From contig BLSG01000115.1 in NCBI GenBank assembly GCA_012862495.1, positions 1 to 64,000 of the forward strand: DNA of 64,000 nt, given 5' to 3'. Made by a program: the position numbers and the translations under genes. Each line of letters opens with the position of its first letter. The first letter of the stretch is position 1. The stretch comes from Thraustochytrium aureum (Eukaryota). The notes beneath the pieces were generated by a model. It had not been told where the DNA came from. It did no database searches and was given only the letters and a program-made list of their open reading frames with translations. Of the stretch, positions 37,881 to 48,836 are shown piece by piece.

Positions 37881-37951
37881 CGCGAATCCAGGCTGGATTC
37901 GAACCCGCACGAACGGCTCCTTCAAGGCCAGCGACACTCCGCGATCCTGAC
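37881..37951 (-). pseudogene. Degenerate tRNA-like sequence (tRNA-Leu-like 5' end and Pol III B box)
   Basis: Minus strand reads GTCAGGATCGCGGAGTG...GCGGGTTCGAATCCAGC, with an A-box-like start and a perfect B box. The acceptor and anticodon stems pair poorly. Confidence 0.3.
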
Positions 37952-38207
37952 AGAGCTGCCTCTGGCACACGCTATGGGCAACAGCTATGCCAAACCGGCC
38001 AGCGGCAGCTGGATGCGAGAGTAACCGCGATACCGCGACCTGGCACTGAAGCAGAGAATGCTGAAAGACTCCTCTCCTTGGCTTTGTGACCCGGGCTCGC
38101 GCTCGTCGAAGGCCAAGCTCTCGAGCTCAGCAACAAGGGTTACTCGGAAGTGGTCCCACTACGAACGACCTGGACCTCAAAATGAGTTCGTTCTCAATAT
38201 CTATAGG

Positions 38208-41001
38208 TCACGAGTTGTGCGGACGTGGGGGCCTCCCGGCGTGGTGCGTGTCGAGGTACTGGTTGAACAGGAGCGGGACCCGGGAGAGGCGCTGCAGCGC
38301 CAACATTTCAGCATCCTTGCCCTTAAAGAACGACCTGTCTGCCTCACCTGCGCTACGGTCAACGACGACCACACCCTGCCGGGTCACGTCGTAAAAGGCT
38401 GCGAATCGACTGCCCTGGTCTGCCGGCTCAAAGTATCCAGGACGGGCGGGCACTTGTCGTAGCCAATGAACACGGTGTGGGCAGAGACACCCTTGGCAGT
38501 CGCCACCTCGATCTGCCGCTTGATGCTGCGATCCCCAACAGTCGGCTTGCCGTCTGTGATGAACAAGATGTGCTGGTCGTTGTGCGGCGCCGCGTACGAC
38601 GTGGCCGCCGCGAGCGAGGCCTCCCGGCGAGCGAGCGGGTCTGCCTTGGCAAACTCGCCCAGCGCTGCACCAAGCCCCTCTTCGTAGTTGGTTTGCCCAG
38701 AGCACACCACCGCCTGGGAGCGCAAAAGCAGGTCATCGTACTGCCGAGTGAAAAAGGGAGCCGCCGTTCAGATACCGGTTGGCCCCGGTGTCGAATTCGA
38801 GTATCCCACCCGCATTCGCCTTCGCCGCGCCAGCTCGATCACCCGGGAGCACACAGGGGCACCAGTCGGCCCATATGCCTTCCATGGAAGCCGACGTGTC
38901 GCGGACGATTGCNNNNNNNNNNNNNNNNNNNNNNNNNNNNNNNNNNNNNNNNNNNNNNNNNNNNNNNNNNNNNNNNNNNNNNNNNNNNNNNNNNNNNNNN
39001 NNNNNNNNNNNNNNNNNNNNNNNNNNNNNNNNNNNNNNNNNNNNNNNNNNNNNNNNNNNNNNNNNNNNNNNNNNNNNNNNNNNNNNNNNNNNNNNNNNNN
39101 NNNNNNNNNNNNNGGACGATTGCGATGCGCCCCCGCCCCCGAGTCGCGTACGATGCTGCGTTCGAGGCAGCAGCGGGGTTGGCGAGTCAAACCAGAGGGC
39201 AAACTCGGAAACGTCAGCGTCCATCATCTCCGCCATGTTTCGCCCAGAGACCCAAGAGCGCGGCTGACCGCCTGCATGCGGAGTATTGTTTGCAGCTCCG
39301 CGCTCGATCCGCCCGCGCAAGCTGCGCAGCAGGGGCTCCACGTTGAAGGCCTGGCCCACTGGCGGTCTCGGGCGCTGCGTGTCCTGCCCATCGCCCGGAG
39401 CACCTCTCTTGTTTGGCTTGTCTGCGCCGGTCCCTGAGACGTCGGCAGCCTGGTCTTCGCCTTCTGGCGTCTTGGACGAGGCCGAGGCGTTCTCGGTCTG
39501 CGCGCCGCTGCCGGTTCCGTTGGCTACCTGCGATTCCTCTCGTCGCTCCTCGTCTTCATGGCGTTGGTGCTTGGCGCTTGTGCGAGCGCCTTGGTCCTCG
39601 GTCTTGGACCCTTGCGCGTCTTCAGCGGAGCCAGCCTTGCGCGGGCTGTTGCTAGATGACCCGCTCGTCGCCCCAGACTGCCCCGGGGGGCTGCCTGGTT
39701 GGGGCGGCGGCGAGTCGTTGTCTGGCGCTCCGCCTGCGCCAGCCGACGAGTGCGGGTCGGCCTGGCCTTGCGGAGTCGCACCCCCGGAACGATCTGCCGT
39801 CTGCCCAGGGGGCGCGCCTTCGTTTTCCTCGTCGTACTCCCTGAGCACGCGGGCGATGAGGTCGTCGATCTCGGCGTGCACGTGCGGGGGCACGCGAAAC
39901 GTTGTGAGGTAGCGAATGACGCGCAGGTCGTAGGGTTCGCACCGGAAGCGCCCGTTGAGCACAGCGTGCGCTTTCATCACGCACACAGCTTTCACCAAAA
40001 AAGGTGCGGTCCGACAGCAGCGAGTTGGTCGGATCCAAGCTGTACTCGCTGGTGAGAAGGCGGAGCAGGGCGAGCAGCACCTTTTTGGGCGGTTCTCCGA
40101 GAAGCACGTGCGGGACGAGCTCGCAGGCCATGACCAACGACTCGCGGCCCATCCGGCGGACGCGTAGATCCTCCACGTCCGCTTGTGACATGCCGTAGAG
40201 GTCGATAACTTTCTCTGCGGCCGCCCAGTCGCCTTGCTGCACGAGCCCATCTGCCTTGACTTGGAGCGTGAAGCGGTCAAGGTTTGCCGGGTCGAGCGGC
40301 TCCGCAAAGTACGCGTCGTCTGAGGCCGGGTTGCTGCTAGCGATAGCTGTGTACAGGGGCAGACGCTCGAGCGAGCTCCCAAACTTGCGCTCGTTCAAGA
40401 TGCGCAGAAGGACGTTGAGCGCTTCGCCCGGGGCGCGGCTAACGTCGTCCAGAACGCAAATCTCGGCCGTCAGGATGCCGCCGCGAATGATGTCCTGCTT
40501 GATGATTTCCCCGCCGGTCGCCTCGTCTCGGCTGCGCACAATCACGCTATCGCCCACGAGCTCGGAGAGGCGCGTGTCACGATGCATCTGGTAGAAGAAC
40601 GGCACCAGGTCGGTGCTCTCCGAGATGATCTCTGACATGAGCGTCTTTGCGGTCCCGGGCGAGCCCTCCAGGTACACGTGCTCTTTGGCCAGTAGACCAA
40701 GGAGCATCGCCTCTTTGACGTCGGCGTGGCCGACTACCTGCTCGTCCAGCGAGGCCTTGAGGGCCTGGAGCCCGCGCGAGGTGTTCTTGATGGCCTCCTT
40801 CCTTTCTTCAGGGCCCATCTCTACCATGATGCTCCTCGCCTTCGCAGCCGGCAGCGAGGAGGCCGACCTCCGGCCCGTTTCTCGCCGCCCGTCCAGAGAA
40901 ACGGGGCACTCGCGCAGGGCGCTCGCTTTCGACAGCTGCGGCGTCCGAGCGACCTTGCTCCGCACAGGTGCCGCACCCAGCCGCGCCACCGCCTGCCGCA
41001 T
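38208..41001 (-). CDS. MoxR-family (RavA-like) AAA+ ATPase fused to a C-terminal VWA (ViaA-like) domain; several indels and one spurious gap
   Basis: EHVYLEGSPGTAKT (Walker A), ICVLDDVSRA (Walker B), LNVLLRILNERKF, ASSN and LDRF; frameshift at a T6 run (~40000); low-complexity linker; IVRDTSASM (MIDAS), TNYEEGL, ILFITDG and HTVFIG VWA motifs. Confidence 0.8.
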
Positions 41002-41807
41002 CCTCGCACCGCCCTCGCCCCGCCGGGCGCGCTCCACGCAGTAGCCTCGACCCTCCGGCGCCGCGGGCTGTCCGCGCAAGTCGGCAAGCGCCAGCCGCGG
41101 AGTCGGCAGGCCGTGCGCTCAGCCGCCCCGACCGAGCAGAGCAGCTGCGAACCGCTGCGCGCGAGGCCGAAGCTCACGGCANNNNNNNNNNNNNNNNNNN
41201 NNNNNNNNNNNNNNNNNNNNNNNNNNNNNNNNNNNNNNNNNNNNNNNNNNNNNNNNNNNNNNNNNNNNNNNNNNNNNNNNNNNNNNNNNNNNNNNNNNNN
41301 NNNNNNNNNNNNNNNNNNNNNNNNNNNNNCTTGCGCGCCTGCGTTCTGCGAACGAGGCCGGAGCGCGGCGCTCGAACCCATCGGGCGGCGCCAGTCGAGG
41401 CTCGGCGTCGGTCCCCAGGTACGCTGAGCGCTACCATCAGCCTCAGTAGAGCCCACTGGCAGAGCAGCCGCCGGAGACATCTCGCCATCATCATGTGGAG
41501 CGCAAGCTCCTGCTCTACTTCCGCCTCGCTGGTTGCAACGCGTACTTGATGGTCGTCCCGCTGGCCCACTCGCGCTCGGCTCGCGCTCGGCTCGCGTACC
41601 TACTGCGCGGGGCTCGAACAGGCGCGGAACTGGCTGGAAACGGCGCGCGAAAGCGGTCGGCCGAACGAGCTCGCCGAAGCGTTCGACGTGGGGCTACTCG
41701 GTACTTGGTAGTACTAGAATGCTTGCGCTGCACAGCAGTGCCCAAACGAGGAGCGCTGATTGGCCCGGACGCGCAGCGTTTGCGCGTTTGCGCGCTTGCG
41801 AGTTGGG

Positions 41808-42547
41808 ATGTGCGCCATCACGGGTTTGGCGCCGCGGCCTCGGCAGCCCCGCCCACGCGTTCGCCAGCGTTGCGTGCCGGTCGCTTGGGTAAGCTTTGAG
41901 GTCACAGCGGTTTCGCTTGACGTCCAACCGCAGGTGCCAAGCAAGTGTCCAAGGTGCGCCGCGACGAGCGCTGGGAGAGCGACCTGGAATTCGACGAAAG
42001 CCCGCTCCTCCGCCGGGCGGACAAGGTTGTTAGCCGGCGCGCCCAGTACCGCGTCCCGAGGATTCGCTCGTGCCGCGATGCCGGCCACGTGGGCGACAAG
42101 CCCGAGCCTGGCCGGCCGCTCGCTCCTCCAGCGCCGCCTTGCGCGGCGGAAGAGCCCCCACCTGCGGTTTCGCGCCGCGTAGCAGGCGCTGTTCTAGAAC
42201 GCAGCCAAGCAAAGACACCACTCGAACAGTTCTTGGAAGAGCTCCAGTACCGCGAGGTGACCCCTGAAGACTACGAACGCCTGATGGAGCTGGACGAGCA
42301 AACGCGGAAGAAAACTACCGTGATCCCCAGCGTGTTTGGCAGCTTCCCCTCCTCGCCCGTCGATGCAAATGGGCAAAGCAGGCTCGGTTGCATGGCGAGG
42401 GCAGAGTGTTCTATTTGCTTGGGTGGATTCGCCTCATCAACCGTCGTGGCCCTCCCATGCGGGCACACGTTCCACGACAACTGCATCAAGACTTGGCTCA
42501 CCAAGCATGCGAACACGTGCCCTGTTGATCGGAGCACGTTTTCCTGA
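41808..42547 (+). CDS. RING-H2 E3 ubiquitin ligase; probable intron 41889-41933
   Basis: ELQYREVTPEDYERLMELDE followed by CSICLGGF...LPCGHTFHDNCIKTWL....TCPVD. The 5' structure is uncertain. Confidence 0.8.
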
Positions 42548-42772
42548 ACGGAGAAAGAAATGCTGCAGAAATTCGTTTTTGTTTCCCTGTTTTCCTTGGC
42601 TACGCCGGGGCCCGGACGGAGCAAAGCGGGGCAACACATCTATCCTCGCCTGTAGCGCGTCTGTCCTCGTCGAGAAAAAAACACATAAGGCGCTCTACGC
42701 CGCCTCGCCTGTTCCGTTCTACTTGGCTCACAGTTGCGCGAACGATCGATCGTCGTTGGTGCGCTGGCGTCG

Positions 42773-43777
42773 CTATAATTCCTTTGGCTTAGGAGGCAGA
42801 GAGCGCCCCACGGAGGCCACAGTGCGCGCAGCTCGCGGAGACGTGGACGGCGAGGCGAACTCGCGTCCATATAGGGACTGACCAGTCCGGAACTCGGCCG
42901 GGATTTCAAACTCCATGTACTTGCGACAAAACACGTGCAAGCCAACAAAGACAAACATGAAGCCCACTGCATGGAAGGAGCCGAGACCACCGTCGAGCCC
43001 GTACTTGTCGGCGACGAACGCCGTGCAGACATAGCCGAGATACGAACCAGCAGCGACGTCAAAAACGTGGTGCGCATGCAGGTACACCCGCCCAAAGGCG
43101 CTCAGCGCGACAAGACCCCAAACCCAAGCGCCGCCACCGTAAAGATAGAGCACATACGAGTAAACCATGGCGCCGCCGGCGTCCCCGCTCGGAAACGACT
43201 GAAACGCGGTCTCGCCAACAGTCACCACCTTTTGGAGCTGCGAGAGGCGCCGTGTGGTTGACTTTATTTGGTCGGCGAGGGCCACGACTGGACGCATCCG
43301 CCTCGCGGTAATCTTGAGAACGTGGCTCACGGACTGCGTTGCGAGCCACGAGCAGATCACCAGCGCTGTTGCGTGGCCTGCTCGAGGCCCAAGCACGTGG
43401 GCTGCCAAGAGCGGCGGCCCAGCTGTGCTCGGCAGAAGGATATATTTGGTGACCTTGAAGATGACCATAATGTCGCCCTTGTGCAGGATGTAGAAGAACC
43501 CGATCAGGGTGACCAGTAGCAGGGGCCCGCACAAGGCAAGCAGCCACAGCTGCCGCGTGCTTGCGTCCGCGTCGCTCGCAAAACACGCCACAAAGGGCGG
43601 GAGCGCGATCCAGGCAGTGGGCGGGAGCCCAAACCAGGTCCCTGGCACAGCAATGGCGTACTCCAGCGGTCCTAGCTGCAGCTTTAAGAGCGGGAGGCTC
43701 ATCGCGTTGTCCAGCGCGTCCAGCCGCCCGCGCTGCGGCCACCACCCCAGCTGGTAGCTTCGTGACACCTGCGCCAT
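42773..43777 (-). CDS. PAP2-superfamily membrane lipid phosphatase
   Basis: C1 KITARRMRP, C2 SFPSGD, C3 FGRVYLHAHHVFD, with multiple TM helices. Confidence 0.85.
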   Translation of the reverse strand: MAQVSRSYQLGWWPQRGRLDALDNAMSLPLLKLQLGPLEYAIAVPGTWFGLPPTAWIALPPFVACFASDADASTRQLWLLALCGPLLLVTLIGFFYILHKGDIMVIFKVTKYILLPSTAGPPLLAAHVLGPRAGHATALVICSWLATQSVSHVLKITARRMRPVVALADQIKSTTRRLSQLQKVVTVGETAFQSFPSGDAGGAMVYSYVLYLYGGGAWVWGLVALSAFGRVYLHAHHVFDVAAGSYLGYVCTAFVADKYGLDGGLGSFHAVGFMFVFVGLHVFCRKYMEFEIPAEFRTGQSLYGREFASPSTSPRAARTVASVGRSLPPKPKEL

Positions 43778-44509
43778 TGCGGTGCTTTCAAGGTCGGATC
43801 AGTGGCTCTTCAGCCGCCCTGCCTGGCTGCTGTCGGTCTGCCTCCCGGCCTGCCTCCTTGCCTGCCCGCTCGCTTGCCCTCCCGCCCGCCTGCCCGCCCG
43901 CGCAGCCCCTGGTCGCCTGGTGCGGCCTCGCGCTTGCAGGGTTGACTGCGACGGTATTTGTGGGGACACACTTTCATCGAGTTCGAGTTGAACGAGTTGG
44001 TGACGACTCGCCGAAACTGGGGCAGGCTGTTTTGCAGCGCCCCGCGGCGACGAGCGAGGCCAAAGCGAACGCCGCACAGGCCCACCGCAAGGCCTTGGGG
44101 TCTTTGCTTAACAGCTAGCTGGCTTGCTCTCGTTATGGCGTACAAAGCTATGTCGGCGAGGAGGTGGCAGCGGTTGTGGCGGCGCGAGCAACAGGCGCAT
44201 CGGAGACGGAGGCAGCTGGGCTTCGCATGCTTGGCAAGGGGGTCAGCAGGGCCGACGCCTTGGGCGCCTCACTCCCTAATTCCAGCAAGATGGTCGCGGC
44301 TCTCGCTCGCCAACATCAGCGAAGCACTCTGGCAGAGGCGAGGTCGAAGCCCGGTGCCACAAGAGAGTTGCGCTCCTCTAGAGCACTCACGGACGACCTC
44401 CCCTGGACTCTCCCCTCTCACGCGCCGCCCCGGCCGCCACGGAGGGCGCCGGGCAGCCCGTTGGCCGGTGCCACTTGTGCCACAAGTGCGCGGTTCATCG
44501 AGGGGCCGG

Positions 44510-44819
44510 CTAGTTTTTCCCGCTGCTGGCGACGTCCCTGGCGTTGGCCCAGTCCTGAAAGAAAGCCTTGACGGGATCGTTGACCTCAGTGCCACTGAAC
44601 TCGACCCTCTTGATCTGCTTGGTGCTCTTGCCGTACGCGAGGACGGCGAGCTTCGCGATCACCGGCCCAGGCATCCAAACCGCGTCCGGCCGCGCCGTCA
44701 GCAGCGTCCCTCAGCGCGGCGCGTCCATTCCCCCACCGCCTCCCGCCACTTACCGCCGACAAGGTCGACCCTCCCACGAGCGCGAGCACCGCGCTCTGCA
44801 GCTTGTCGCCCAGGCCCAT
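44510..44819 (-). CDS. 68-aa single-TM microprotein; intron 44651-44753
   Basis: Exon 1 MGLGDKLQSAVLALVGGSTLSA | GTAAGT...GCTGAC...GAAG | exon 2 LAVLAYGKSTKQIKRVEFSGTEVNDPVKAFFQDWANARDVASSGKN*. Phase-0 splice and GC3-rich codons. Confidence 0.7.
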
Positions 44820-45149
44820 CGCGTTTCCGCTCTGTTGCTCGCGCATTTACGCGCGGCATTCCACCCGTACCGCAAAAACCCAACAGTAAACGCAATATGG
44901 AATCGCGCGTTGAGGCAGGATTGGAAGGCGATTTTGGCCGCTCTGCGGTGCTGGAATGGACGGTGCAGACACCCAACGCACCGACTCGCCCACCGGCGCC
45001 GCAGCAGACCCCCAACCGACACACCACCAGCAGCAGCAGCAGCAGCGACACCAGCAGCGGCAGCAGCAGCGGCGGCANNNNNNNNNNNNNNNNNNNNNNN
45101 NNNNNNNNNNNNNNNNNNNNNNNNNNNNNNNNNNNNNNGGACGGAGAGG

Positions 45150-45769
45150 ATGGCGGAGACCAACTTGGACGAGCTCAAAGCAGCCAACAAGGAGCTGTTG
45201 GACGAGATTGACGCCAAGGGGGAGGAGCTGAAAACGCGCAAGGAGCAAGGCGCGAGCAAGGATGAGATTAATGAGCTCGGGGCCGCGCTGACCGAGCTCA
45301 AGTTCAAGCTGCCGGTGGAGCTCATGTCGGAGAGGGACGCCAAGCAGTTCCTCAAGTTGGAGGCGAAAAAGCAAAAGGAGGCCGAGAAGGCGGCCCGCGC
45401 CGCCAAGTGGGAGTCGCAGGCCAAGAGCAAGGACAGCAGCAAGAAAAGAAAAAGGGCGCCCCCGAACCCACAGAGACCTTTGTCAACACCACGCCGCCCG
45501 GCGAAAAGAAAGACATGACCGGCCCGATGGCTAAAGCCTACAACCCCGCCGCGGTCGAGTCTGCCTGGGACGCCTGGTGGGAAAGCCAGGGCTACTACTC
45601 TACCGACGTTGATGGTGCCGCCGCCGCCAAGCCAGAGGAAAAGTTTGTCATTGTGATCCCGCCGCCCAACGTGACGGGCAGCCTGCACATCGGCCACGCC
45701 CTGACGTGCTCCATCGAGGACACGCTGTGCCGCTGGAACCGGATGTGCGGCAAGTACGTGATGTGGCTC

Positions 45770-45802
<33 letters not shown>

Positions 45803-48355
45803 GCCGTCGTCGAGAAGCGCCTCATGAAGGAGCAGGGGCTCACCAAGCACGATCTTGGCCGCGAAAAGTTCCTAGACGAGGTCTGGAAGTGGAAGAACGA
45901 AAAGGGGGCTCACATTCTGACCCAGCTCCGGCGCCTCGGAGCCTCTGTCGACCACTCGCGCACCGTGTTCACCATGGACGAAAAGCGGTCCAAGTGCGTC
46001 ACAGAGGCCTTCGTCCGCATGCACGATGCGGGGCTGCTCTACCGCGAAAAGGGCTTGTCAACTGGAGCTCCGCCCTCAACACGGCGCTCTCCGACATCGA
46101 GGTCGACCACGTCGAGCTTACCGGGCTGACGCTGCGGAGCGTCAAAGGCCACGACCCGAACAAGGAGTACGATTCGGGACGCTCACCTCGTTCGCGTACA
46201 AACTGGCGGATAGCGAGGGCAAGCCGCTCGAGGAGGAGATCGTGGTCGCCACTACGCGTCTAGAGACCATGCTGGGCGACACGGCTGTGGCAGTCAACCC
46301 GGACGATCCGCGCTACAAGCACCTCCACGGCAAACACGTGGTGCACCCGTTCCGCAACTGCACGATCCCGATCATCACCGACGGAGAGCTGGTCGACATG
46401 AATTTCGGGACCGGCGCCGTCAAGATCACTCCCGCGCACGACCCGAACGACTTTCGGTGCGGCCGCCAGCACGGCCTCGAGATGATCTCGATCCTCAACG
46501 ACAACGGGTCGATCAACGGGGTCTGCGGCGCCGAATTCGAGGGCATGATGCGCTTTGACGCGCGGTACTTTGTGGAGGACAAGCTCAAGGAGCTGGGCCT
46601 GTTTCGCGACAAGCAGCCCCACGTGATGAAGATCCCCATCTGCTCGCGCAGCGGGGCGTGATCGAGCCGCGCCTCGTCCCCCAGTGGTGGGTCAGCTGCA
46701 AGAGCATGGCGGATCGCGCTGTGGCACTCGTGCGCTCCAAGGAGCTCAAGCTCGTCCCCGAATTTCACGAGCGGACTTGGTTTGGCTGGCTGGAGAACAT
46801 CCAGGACTGGTGCATCTCGCGCCAGCTTTGGTGGGGCCACCGGATTCCCGCGTACCGCGTCAAGGGCACAGAGACGAGCGAGGGCGAGGCCCAGTGGTTT
46901 GTTGGCCGGGACGAGGCTGAGGCGCGCGCCAAGGCTGCTGCTGCGCTTGGCCGTGACGGCGCTGAGCTCGAGCTCGAGCAGGACCCGGACGTGCTCGACA
47001 CGTGGTTTTCTTCTGGCCTGTTTCCGTTCAGCACCTTTGGATGGGCGCACGAGGACGAGGCCTCGCAGAAGGAGCTTGATGCGTTCTTCCCCGGTACCCT
47101 TTTGGAGACGGGACACGACATCATCTTCTTCTGGGTCGCTCGCATGGTGATGATGTCGCTGCAGCTCATGGACAAGCTGCCCTTTGACACCGTCTACTTG
47201 CACGCCATGGTGCGCGACAAGTACGGGCGCAAGATGTCAAAGTCGCTCGGAAACGTGCTCGACCCGATCCAGGTCATGGAGGGCATCACGCTGGAAGAGC
47301 TCAACAAGACGCTCTACACGGGCAACCTCCCCGAAAAGGAGATCGCCAAGGCGATCGAGGGCCAGCGGCTCGACTACCCGGACGGCATTCCGGAGTGCGG
47401 CGCCGACGCGCTCCGTTTTGGCCTGCTCGCCTACACGGTGCAGGGCCGCGACGTGAACCTCGACATCAACCGCGTCGCCGCCTACCGCCGGTTCTGCAAC
47501 AAGCTCTGGCAGGTGACGAACTTTATGATGCTCAACCTCGGCGACGCTTTCGCGCCGGCGCCCACGTTCCTCAGCGACGCCGTGGCCGGCAAGGTCGCCG
47601 GCCTCGCGCTGCGCGACCGCTGGATCCTCAGCAAACTGGCCTCGACGGCGATCGCCTGCAACGATGCAATGCAAAAGTACGAGTTCGCCTCAGCTACGCA
47701 AGCGCTGAACAAGTTTTACCTTGACGAGCTCTGCGACGTCTACGTCGAGGCGGTCAAGCCGGTCATGCGCGACGGCTCTGCGGAGGGCGCTCCTGAGGAT
47801 GCGCGCGATGCCAAGTTGGCCGCCCAAAACACGCTCTGGTACTGCCTCGACGTCGCGCTGCGTCTCATGCACCCGATCATGCCCTTCGTCACGGAGGAGC
47901 TGTGGCAGCGTCTTCCAGGGCGCCCTCAACCGGCCGCGCCCTCAATCATGGTCGCCCACTACCCAGGCGCGGTCCCGGTCGCGCTCCACGCAGGCGACGA
48001 GCGAGCCGTTGCCGAGACGGAGGCGATTACCGCGCTTCCCGACGCTGAGGCCGACGAGTACCTCGACATTGTCAACCTCGTCAGCCACGGGATGCGGTCG
48101 CTCATTACCTCTTTCGGGGTCAACAGCAAGCTGGACTACTTCGTCAAGGTCACGGGGCAGCCGCGCAAGGCCGAGCTCCTAGGTCTCGCGGCCTCGGACC
48201 TCTGCGTCCTCGGGCGCGCCAAGTCGGTCGCCATCCTCGCCGAGGCGGACGAGGTCCCCAAGGGCTGCGCCGCTGGACTGCCCGACCCTTCGATTCAGGT
48301 CTTTGTGCAGCTCACGGGCGTCGTGGACCCTGCCAAGGAGATCGAGCGCCTCAAC
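45150..48355 (+). CDS. VARS: Cytosolic valyl-tRNA synthetase with N-terminal WHEP-like domain; four single-base deletions; 3' end in gap
   Basis: [13 protein letters not shown] (HIGH), [62 protein letters not shown]. Frame breaks at ~45447, ~46050, ~46172 and ~46656. Confidence 0.95.
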
Positions 48356-48836
48356 NNNNNNNNNNNNNNNNNNNNNNNNNNNNNNNNNNNNNNNNNNNNN
48401 NNNNNNNNNNNNNNNNNNNNNNNNNNNNNNNNNNNNNNNNNNNNNNNNNNNNNNNNNNNNNNNNNNNNNNNNNNNNNNNNNNNNNNNNNNNNNNNNNNNN
48501 NNNNNNNNNNNNNNNNNNNNNNNNNNNNNNNNNNNNNNNNNNNNNNNNNNNNNNNNNNNNNNNNNNNNNNNNNNNNNNNNNNNNNNNNNNNNNNNNNNNN
48601 NNNNNNNNNNNNNNNNNNNNNNNNNNNNNNNNNNNNNNNNNNNNNNNNNNNNNNNNNNNNNNNNNNNNNNNNNNNNNNNNNNNNNNNNNNNNNNNNNNNN
48701 NNNNNNNNNNNNNNNNNNNNNNNNNNNNNNNNNNNNNNNNNNNNNNNNNNNNNNNNNNNNNNNNNNNNNNNTGCCTGCCACCTACCGCGAGCAGTTCAGA
48801 ACAGCTCTCAAGCCAGTCGTGTGCCGTCCTAGGGCG

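Noticed and set aside
37881..37951. Functional tRNA-Ser/Leu or tRNA-Sec gene
   Set aside because: Acceptor and anticodon stems do not pair properly; kept only as a low-confidence relic.
45440..46660. Euplotes-style programmed +1 frameshifting (AAA-stop)
   Set aside because: The breaks lack a shared slippery or stop motif, vary in sign across genes, and match the indel error visible in duplicated gap flanks.
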